DNA of 11,045 nucleotides from assembly GCF_006345805.1 (NCBI RefSeq), contig NW_021827080.1, positions 1-11,045 on the forward strand, in the 5' to 3' direction. Shown here in pieces: positions 1 through 7,720 of the stretch. This DNA comes from Octopus sinensis. Its lineage: Eukaryota. Each line of letters starts with the position of its first letter. Positions within the stretch are counted from its first letter, which is position 1. The notes beneath the pieces are model-generated. The model was not told the DNA's origin. It was given only the letters and a program-made list of their open reading frames with translations, and searched no databases. The position numbers and the translations under genes are program-made.

Positions 1-44
1 TTTAGGGAGATGGACGGCGACAACAGACACAGCGCGGCGAACGT

Positions 45-80
45 TGATGGTGAGGTTGATGATGATGATGATGATGATGT

Positions 81-136
<56 letters not shown>

Positions 137-203
137 TTGATGACGTGGACGATGATAATGATGTTGATGGTGATGCTGGTACTGATAATAATGGTGATGG
201 CGA
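45..203. repeat. (GAT)n trinucleotide microsatellite with degenerate flanks
   Basis: Nearly pure GAT run at about 58-140, decaying to GAY/GGT/AAT triplets by about 203. It produces the poly-D and poly-M ORFs in the track. Confidence 0.95.
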
Positions 204-660
204 TTAAAGATTTGTCTCTACTTCCTAGAACGAAGGAGAGATATGTAGTAATAAACATCTAGAAAATCCTCGGACTTGTATCAAACTTTGACATTAAAAG
301 TTACACACCAGAACGGGACACCACTGCATAGTGCTAAATATCCCAAATCATCATCAATATACAGGGCAGACGCTGCAGCAGCCTGGGATTCGAGGGCCCA
401 TAGTTCTCTTCAAAATCCTTCCAAAAAGCCTTAGAGAGCAGCATGGTGTGCTTTGAAACGAAACTGGGTCTCCTCCTGTCATGAGTTTCATATGAATCTA
501 CCTCTCGGCTGGAAACATACGACGTCAGTACCATGAAAATCTATCATTCATCAAATGCCACATACCAGAAGTTTTAAGTAGTGGAGGTGTAGCAAAGCGA
601 ACGCCAATGCCCCAGCATGGTCGTAGCACTCAAGCTGAAGCTAGTTCAAAAGTTAAAGAG
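203..660 (+). mobile_element. Decayed 3' end of a CR1/L2-type non-LTR retrotransposon (ORF2 C-terminus plus 3' tail)
   Basis: Translation across stops and frameshifts gives IKDLSLLPRTKERYVVINI*KILGLVSNFDIKSY / RTGHHCIV / CSSLGFEGP / FKILPKSLREQHGV / FETKLGLLLS*VSYESTSRLE. This resembles the post-RT C-terminus of CR1/L2-clade ORF2 (LxxLExRRxR...I.KI, GP.LFN.LP..LR, FK.KLD.LL). The 3' tail TGCCCCAGCATGG...CTGAAGCTAGT lies at 608-645. The copy is 5'-truncated. Confidence 0.8.
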
Positions 661-857
661 TTATTCTAGATGGCCGTCTGTTGATCCTCTAAAATTTATC
701 CACATTCCATTGATATTATTTTCTCATCCTGTAGGATGTCCAAAATCACCTTCCTCAACAGATAAACTTGGTGGTATTACCTGTTTAATCATTAACAAGA
801 ATAGGTAACAGAATATATTGTGCTATATACTAACAGTAGCGGTCACAAGCGATTTGA

Positions 858-1219
858 TACGCACACACACGCTCGCACATTCACTCGCGCACACACATAT
901 ACATAAACTTACATACAAACAAATATGTGTGTATGTGTATGCACGCATATGCATATGTATATATGTATATGTATATTGTAATGTATATATATATATGCAT
1001 TCATATATATATACATGCATATATATACATATACATATACGTACATACATATATATATATATGTATATGTATATTGTAATGTATATATATATATATATAT
1101 ATGCATTCATATATATATATACATGCATATATATACATATACATATACGTATATACACATATATATATATACACATGTACATGCATACATATATTATATA
1201 TATATATATATATATTAAA

Positions 1220-1252
<33 letters not shown>

Positions 1253-1350
1253 TATATGTAAATATACATGTATATTTAAATATATACATATATAAATGCG
1301 GGCAGGACTTATAATATATATGTATATGTATATGTATATATATATTATAG

Positions 1351-1422
<72 letters not shown>

Positions 1423-1500
1423 CTATATAAATACCTATATATATACCTATATATATAATATATATGGTGTATGTGTGTATGGTATGTATATAGGTATGCA
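858..1500. repeat. Compound (CA)n/(TA)n/(TATG)n/(TC)n microsatellite block
   Basis: Directly visible dinucleotide runs, including (TC)n at about 1220-1237. Confidence 0.95.
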
Positions 1501-2168
1501 TATTTTGTTAAATTGCATAGGCACGGTGCCATAAATTGATAAGTGTACGTCACATTGAGGAAATGAGTAATGGAACGGTGTGTATAATTTAAGATTTTAA
1601 TTATCAACGCTGAACCGATGTAAGTCAAGGTCAATTACAGTCGGATTTAAAACCAGAAGATAAAGAGATGTCAAAATATAAATTTCATACGATGCCCAAC
1701 CATCTTTTTTTATGCGAAGACACCGAATAAAGAATTGTAATCTAGACACAAGAACACTCATGTTCGTTGAGAGGATATATTCCTTGATTCTCGTGTTATC
1801 AATAGTGAAGTTCCTCCTGGTGGAATCTTATCTTAGAAAGTAAGAGGACCCTTCTAATTGCGCTCGATTTACGGAACTCGTGAGCCTTGATTTGCAGTCT
1901 GTCTACGAGAAAGAACACTCTGATTTAAAACTGGGGTAGTTAGGACTCCCTAGTTGCAGTGGTGACAACCTGTGAGTGTCCAACGGCCCCATACCTGAGA
2001 TGAAGAGGAATGAACCGCTAATCGGGACTTAATTCCGGAGCAATATTTGGATGAAGTGAGAAATCTGATCATGGACCCAACACGCAGAAATGCCAAAGGG
2101 AATAGGTCGAACTTATGGATATTCTTAGTTGACAACCTAACTAAAGATGGTATCTCGCTAAAAATACC

Positions 2169-2387
2169 TATTTCTTTATTACCCACAAGGGGCTAAACAT
2201 CGAGAGGACAAACAAGGACAGACATAGGTATTAAGTCGATTACATCAACCCCAGTGCGTAACTGGTACTTAATTTATCGACCCCGAAAGGATGAAAGGCA
2301 AAGTTGACCTCGGCGGAATTTGAACTCACAACGCAGACGAAATACCGCTAAGCATTTCGCCCGGCGTGCTAACGTTTCTGCCAGCTC
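2169..2387 (-). mobile_element. tRNA-derived SINE, near full length
   Basis: The minus strand reads GAGCTGGCAGAAACGTTAGCACGCCGGGCGAAATGCTTAGCGG (A-box-like), then GAGTTCAAATTCC (B box, plus-strand 2315-2325), then a central block GTCAACTTTGCCTTTCATCCTTTCGGGGTCGATAAATTAAGTACCAG, and ends TTGTGGGTAATAAAGAAATA. It matches my recollection of an abundant octopus SINE. No clear TSD. Confidence 0.85.
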
Positions 2388-2429
2388 TACGGTTGGTGGC
2401 TAACCTTAAAATAAAAACCTCATCGCTGA

Positions 2430-3482
2430 GTGAAAATATCTAATACAAGTGTATCAAATAACGATGTTAATAAGGCTGAAACCACAGGTGAAAGCCTTTC
2501 GCCCGTCGGGACACCTGTGGTTGAGAATCGCAGGCCCGGCCGTCTCCAGAGACCGCTTTTACACAAAGACAGGAGCTGAGAAGTAGGTGGGATAAGGAGG
2601 TAAACCGAACGGTGATCGAATGCTAGATCAGGGATGAACCCAGTAGAAGGGGATACCGACAATGAATGAATACAAAATAGAATGAAATAGGACTCTTTGA
2701 AGTAAGTGAGCAACGATTAACTGCCCAGGCGTGAGCAATAAGGACAAAAAAGGTGGTTAACAAATATGGAAATTGAAGAGAGAAAAAGGAAAGTAGAAAA
2801 TAGAAATAATACTTCACCAACAGATACTTTGTCTAGTGAGAACAGAACAATGAATGGCGGTAATGAAGACGTCGAGCAAAGTGTAAATGTAAATTCATTC
2901 TCAACAAATGAAGCAGAATTAAAAGAAGAGATATAACACAAGAACACGATGATGACCAACAAAGTATACTGAGGATGCTGTGCCGATATATTAGAGAAGA
3001 CCAGGATCTAATACCCAGCAGTCTGAGGTACTTTGATCGACACAGTCTCAAAGTTGAAACCGAAAAGATAGAGTCGGTCCTTGGTTTATTCCAGACGAGA
3101 AATATAACTGAAACTAACAAGATTATTTGGGCTGCAGCTGTGGTTGCTGCAGACAGAGCTATGTACAGATGAAGAGAACAAATAGAACGTAAAGAACTAT
3201 TGTAGTGTAGACAAAGTTGTGAGAAACAAAGTTAAAAAGACATTTAGGACAAGTTGATAGATTGAGAAGAGGGGAATTGCAGAACGAAAGCATAAGAATA
3301 ATTCTGGGAAGAACATAGAGAATAAGAGATAAAGGTTATGATGTGATATTGGAAGAATTGAAACAAAGAGTAGGAGCAATCAAAGCAAAACTGGAAAGAT
3401 ATGGCAACAGAAAAAGAGAGTTTAGGCAAAACAGATTGTTTGAAGCAAATCAGAAGTAACTGTTTCAGGGAGTAGATAGGTA
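2430..3482 (+). mobile_element. Decayed 5' portion of an R4/Dong-like (RLE-type) non-LTR retrotransposon ORF, upstream of the RT domain
   Basis: Translation through stops and frameshifts gives SRWDKEVNRTVIEC*IRDEPSRRGYRQ*M..EIGLFEVSEQRLTAQA*AIRT..WLTNMEIEERKR (2582-2790), LRYFDRHSLKVETEKIESVL..TRNITETNKIIWAAAVV (2975 ORF), and HLGQVDRLRRGEL..RIRDKGYDVILEELKQRVGAIKAKLERY..FRQNRLFEANQK*LF (3241-3470). These motifs are typical of the pre-RT region of R4/Dong-clade elements. The RT and endonuclease regions are absent. Confidence 0.75.
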
Positions 3483-3510
3483 ACAATTACACGTGACTGT
3501 GATACCAGGA

Positions 3511-4074
3511 ACATTTGATGCTCGGTTAATGCGTGTGGTACCCACTTGTCCAGCTTCTTGAATTTGCTGATTTGTTTCGGGTGGTCCAATTCAGTTGCAT
3601 TCAAAGCATCAAACCTTGCTACTAACCCACGCGTAGTTTGAGATGTATCAGCTTACACTACAGTTTCTAGCTCATCGTTATCCACTTTGGTCTCAGGTCT
3701 ACCATGGGGCTGGTTTTCAAAAGGAAAGTCACCAGACCGGAACTTCTCACACCATTGGCGTACAGTGCACTCATTTGCCACATCTTCACCAAACACCTCA
3801 TTGAGGTTTCAAGCTGTCTGAAATGCATTGGTTCCACGACGGAACTCTCATTCATAAACAACACAAATTTTTTTATCTATCGATGGGTTCACAAAAAACG
3901 ATTTACGAGAGACAACTCACAATATAATCAGACATCATGAATTGCATTTCGAAAAGTGATGATGTAAATCTTCAATGTTGTAAAACAAAAAAACTATCAG
4001 GATAAAATATTATAGTTAACGACTGTCAAATTCGGTGCATAAGTAAATCAGACATTTCCTTCTTAATGAGCTGA
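3511..4074 (-). mobile_element. Truncated mariner (Hsmar1/SETMAR-like) element: 5' end plus N-terminal HTH part of the transposase
   Basis: The minus strand from about 3880 reads DKKICVVYE*EFRRGTNAFQTA*NLNEVFGEDVANECTVRQWCEKFRSGDFPFENQPHGRPETKVDNDEL..QTTR..KQISKFKKLDKWVPHALTEHQ. This includes the mariner WVPHxL motif and is colinear with the Hsmar1 N-terminus. The putative 5' terminus TA|TCAG at 4074, about 195 bp upstream, is less certain. No catalytic domain is present. Confidence 0.85.
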
Positions 4075-4166
4075 TATGTATACATATACAGGGTGTGGTA
4101 GTAAATAAACTGTCGTCTAAATTACGCAAAAATGAAAAGAACACTGACATCTCATTTTAGCAGATA

Positions 4167-4684
4167 TCTTTATATCTTTATATATAAAAGAGAGGTTGTG
4201 TGTCTGTCTCCTACGATTTAGATTCCTAACTACTCCCACATTTTGCGGTGCAGTTTAACCAAATTCGGGTATCTTATAGTCGTGATTCATATCGAGCCCG
4301 TCTGAGTATTAGCGCGCGTCTACGATGAGTCTACGATTTTAAAAATAATTTAACATCATTTTTTATTCCATTTTAATGCATAATTTTTCGTGTGTCGATG
4401 GCGGCGGAGTTGGCGTCCATGGTCACACCTGCACCTGTTTGCTTCTCCCCCTTCTTCCCTCCCTCGTGAAGCTGTGGGGAAGGGAGTGTAAGGAAATCAA
4501 CGTCGTAAAGCGTTGTCAAGGAGACCAGCGTTCTTTTAGAACAACGACTTCATAGCTTGAAGGCACCAAAACAGAAATGGCTAAGAAAGCCCGAATTGGC
4601 ATCTACAAGGGAAGTAACTCTCTAAAAATGCTTATATAGTTTTTTCCCCTTACAAACCCGAGCAACGCCGGGCGATACTGCTAG
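4167..4684 (+). mobile_element. Non-autonomous Helitron, copy 1
   Basis: 5' end is A|TCTTTATATCTTTATATATAAAAG. 3' end has the hairpin CCCG-AGCAACGC-CGGG (4657-4672) followed 8 nt later by CTAG|T (4681-4684). No TSD. These are canonical Helitron termini. Confidence 0.85.
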
Positions 4685-5074
4685 TTATATATAAAAGTAA
4701 GGTTGTGTGTCTGTCTCCTACGAATTAGATTCCTAACTACTCCCACATTTTGTGGTGCAGTTTAACCAAAACCGGGTATCTTATAGTCGTGATTTATATC
4801 GAGCCCTTCTGGGTATTAGCGCGCGTCTACGATGAGTCTACGATTTAAAAAAAATCTACCATCATTTTTTTCCATTTTAATGCATTTTTTCGCTATTATA
4901 TAAGGGAAGTAACTCTCTAAAAATGTCTACGATGAGTCAACGATTAAAAAAATTTACCATCATTTTCTTTTCCATTTTTAATGCATTTTTGGTATTTTTT
5001 GGCTATAACTCTCTAAAAATGCTTATATAGTTATTTTCCTTACAAACCCGAGCAACACCGGGCAATACTGCTAG
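4685..5074 (+). mobile_element. Non-autonomous Helitron, copy 2, head-to-tail with copy 1
   Basis: The first ~200 nt are roughly 93% identical to copy 1 (hand count). 3' hairpin CCCG-AGCAACAC-CGGG (5047-5062) is followed by CTAG|T (5071-5074). The 5' TC is missing at the junction. Confidence 0.85.
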
Positions 5075-5740
5075 TATTTACTAAAATTACATAAATATAT
5101 CTTGAAATACTAAAGAGTAAATTTATTTAATAAAATCGTATTGGGTTCAACCACAGTCTTGTTTAAGTTGGTGAATGCGGCCATAATCCTTGCTTTGACT
5201 TTATCTTTGGTGTTATTAGGAGTTTTGTTGGCTTCTTGCTCAACAGCGCCCCACACATAATAATCAAGGGGGTTACAGTCAGGGAAGTTAAGTAGACAGA
5301 TGCTAGAGGTGATGTGGTCTCTTGCTTGTGTGGCATGGTGCAGAGTCATGCTGCCAGACTTAGGGTCTTCCAGCAACCATCTTCCTGACCCAGGGCAGCA
5401 CTACCGCCTTCATCCAGTTGACGCAGGCCTCTGTGTTGAGTCTGAATGGAGTCATAACGTCACCACCACTAGTGATCACTCGAAACAACATGATCTATCA
5501 GTCTCGGTACATGCACTGTCCTCACATTAACACCCAAACATTCTGAAATGTTCTTATTGGAGCTTCCGGCGCGAATGCCAAGCAGTACAGCATGTCGTTC
5601 CCAAATTTCTAGCAGAGTGAATTGTGTCATGTTGCTGCTTTTCTTACAGACGGTGCTCAACTGGCCCTACTATACTGAGTAGTCGACAAAATAAAAAAAC
5701 CAACTATTCCCATGCGTGAAATAGTACCCATCACACTCTG

Positions 5741-5742
5741 TA

Positions 5743-5792
<50 letters not shown>

Positions 5793-5824
5793 CACACACA
5801 CACACACACACCACACACACCCAC

Positions 5825-5882
<58 letters not shown>

Positions 5883-5990
5883 TATACAACACACACACAC
5901 ACACCCACACATATTATATATATATAATATACATATACATTATATATATATATATATATATATCTACACACACACATATATGATGCATAT
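5741..5990. repeat. Compound (TA)n/(CA)n microsatellite
   Basis: Directly visible. Confidence 0.95.
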
Positions 5991-6122
5991 GTGTCTTTGT
6001 GTCTGTGTTAGTTGCCTACTACCATTTGACGACCGGTGTTGGTGTGGTTATATCTCCATAACTTAGGACTGGGGCCAGTTCACTCGACCAAGTAATTTAC
6101 AGGGCTGTGCCCCAGCATGGCA
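5991..6122 (+). mobile_element. 3' half of a CORE-like tRNA SINE (same family as 6123-6480), with an internal deletion
   Basis: Blocks TTGACGACCGGTGTTGGTGTG..TAACTTAG, GACTGGGGCCAGTTCACTCGACCAAG and GTGCCCCAGCATGGC align to the reverse complement of 6159-6335. About 48 nt are missing at 6066/6067. Confidence 0.8.
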
Positions 6123-6480
6123 ATAAAAGTACTTGCTTCAGGCACTAGACCGCGCCCTTGCTGGGGCAAAACCCTGCAAATTCTTTAGTCGAGTGAATCG
6201 GCCCCCAGTCCTCATTTTAAGCCTGCTACTTATTTTATCGGTCTCTTTTGCCGAACCGCTAAGTTACGGGGACGTACACATACCAACACCGGTTGTCAAG
6301 CGGTGGTGGTGGACCAACGCAGACACAAAGATACACATACACACGCATACATATTTATGACTAGCTTCTTTTAGGCACCGTTCACAACATCGACTCTCAA
6401 GGGTTTGGCTGACCCGCGGCTATAGTAGAAGACACTCCATCAAGGTGCCACGCATTGGGATTGAACCCGGAACCACACGT
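6123..6480 (-). mobile_element. CORE-like tRNA-derived SINE (octopus OR-type), lacking the extreme 5' end
   Basis: The minus strand has B box GGTTCAATCCC (6457-6467), then GTGGCACCTTGATGGAGTGTCTTCTACTATAGCC (CORE-like, cf. the CCTTGGGCAAGT motif), an internal (GT)-rich spacer, a body CCCGTAACTTAGCGGTTCGGCAAAAGAGACCGATA and a tail TGCCCCAGCA...CTGAAGCAAGT. The OR-type name is from recollection. Confidence 0.8.
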
Positions 6481-6499
6481 CCATACCTGTCCCTATCAA

Positions 6500-6905
6500 T
6501 GTGTGTGTATATATATATATATATATATAACATGTGAAGTTGTAAGATACCGCACGAGTGGAAATATATATGACTACCACGCGAGTAGTAAAATTGCATT
6601 TTCAAACCTTCTTTCATATATATATATATAATATATATGTACGTATGCATGTTTGTGTGTGTGGTGTGTGTGTATATGTACGTTTGTATGTGTGTGTGCG
6701 TGTATAGATATGTACATACACACAAATCTGCGTGTGTATGTGTGTATCTCTCTCTCTATATATATATGTATGTGTGTGTGTATGTTTGTATGTGTATGAG
6801 TATATATAGATATGTACACACGCACAAATCTCTGTGTGTGTATGTGTGCGGGCGCGCGCGTGTGTGTGTCTGTTTGTAAATATATATATGTATGTGTATG
6901 TATGA
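6500..6905. repeat. Compound (TA)n/(TG)n/(TC)n microsatellite block with a short unique spacer (about 6535-6612)
   Basis: Directly visible. Confidence 0.9.
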
Positions 6906-7127
6906 GGCTGGAAGGTTTTTTGACCTGAACGTATTACTGATAAGAATATTACCAATTCACTGGGAAAGAAATTTTGAAATGGAACTGCGAATCACCAAAG
7001 TTAATACAATTTATTGAATAGAATATAATTCTGGCGCTGCCAACGCCAATGTTCTAATTTTCTGATATATATTAAAATATTGAAAGTATAAACAGAGATA
7101 TTTTTCTCCAGGCATAAAAAAAAAATT

Positions 7128-7482
7128 GTATATATGTGTGTATGTGACATAGCCACGTATAAATACGCTTGTATTGAAGTATGTATATGTATGCACCGAT
7201 ACACACACACACACACATATTATATATATATATATATATGTATATATGCATGTATATGTGTATATGTGCGTGTGTATGTATATGTGTATATGTATGTATA
7301 CTTGTGTGAGCTTACATCCGTGTGTGTATGTGTGTGTGATACATAGAGAAATAATTCAAAATGTTAAACATCAATAACCACACATACACACACACACACA
7401 CATTCACGTGCACATAAACACACACACATACATATACGCACACTCATATGTCTATACACACACACCACTCATACACACACAG

Positions 7483-7513
<31 letters not shown>

Positions 7514-7620
7514 GGTGTGTGTGTGTGTGTGTGTATGTGTGTGTGTGTGTGTATACACATATCGACGTACACACACACAGAGCCATACACACAAGCACAC
7601 TCACACACATATTTGTATAT
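7128..7620. repeat. Compound (TG)n/(CA)n/(TA)n microsatellite block
   Basis: Directly visible alternating TG-rich and CA-rich tracts. Confidence 0.9.
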
Positions 7621-7672
7621 ATTGACAATTCTTGCAAGATTTATTTCTAAATAATATTATATTTAATGTTTC

Positions 7673-7720
7673 AAAAAATAAAAAAAGAAAAAAAAGAAAA
7701 AAAAGAAAATAAAAGAAAAA
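7673..7720. repeat. A-rich simple repeat (A7-8G units)
   Basis: AAAAAATAAAAAAAGAAAAAAAAGAAAAAAAAGAAAATAAAAGAAAAA. Confidence 0.9.

Larger units (their letters stand above)
4089..5740 (-). mobile_element. Internally deleted Tc1/mariner element, maT (DD37D)-like, interrupted by Helitrons at 4167-5074
   Basis: Termini are TA|CAGGGTGTG (4089) and CACACTCTG|TA (5740), i.e. an 8/9 inverted match with TA on both sides. Minus-strand transposase remnants are MTQFTLLEIWERHAVLLGIRAGSSNKNISECLGVNVRTV (from 5630), IMLFRVITSGGDVM, VWQHDSAPCHTSKR and FPDCNPLDYYVWGAVE, so the third catalytic residue is D. A deletion prevents counting the D-D spacing, so the maT assignment rests on motif and terminus style. 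Confidence 0.8.

Noticed and set aside
2-7. TTAGGG telomere-like hexamer at the window start
   Set aside because: Single copy; expected by chance.
10-262. Poly-Asp and poly-Met ORFs
   Set aside because: They are translations of the (GAT)n microsatellite. Only the last ~20 codons of the 44-262 ORF are meaningful, and they belong to the LINE remnant.
818-1634. Many overlapping Y/I/H/T/C/V-rich ORFs (also at 5657-5977, 6420-6955, 7001-7654, 9724-10250)
   Set aside because: TA/CA/TG dinucleotide repeats lack stop codons in several frames, so these ORFs are artefacts.
1750-1920. 10-bp direct repeat AAGAACACTC (1750-1759, 1911-1920) as a possible TSD
   Set aside because: The enclosed sequence has no element hallmarks, and 10-mer matches are plausible by chance in AT-rich DNA.
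1943-2030. Possible HDV-like ribozyme (nested GGACTC/GAGTGTCC and GTTG/CAAC stems; GCTAATCGGGAC resembling J4/2-P2)
   Set aside because: I could not assemble P1, P3, L3 and P1.1 in the required order.
2014-2196. 60-codon stop-free frame (TANRDLIPEQYLDEVRNLIMDP...)
   Set aside because: It has no upstream start, no recognisable motif, runs into the SINE tail, and its length is within chance expectation.
4175-5074. CRISPR-like or satellite array suggested by the recurring repeats
   Set aside because: The repeats are explained by two Helitron copies plus an internal duplication. There is no regular repeat-spacer pattern and the context is eukaryotic.
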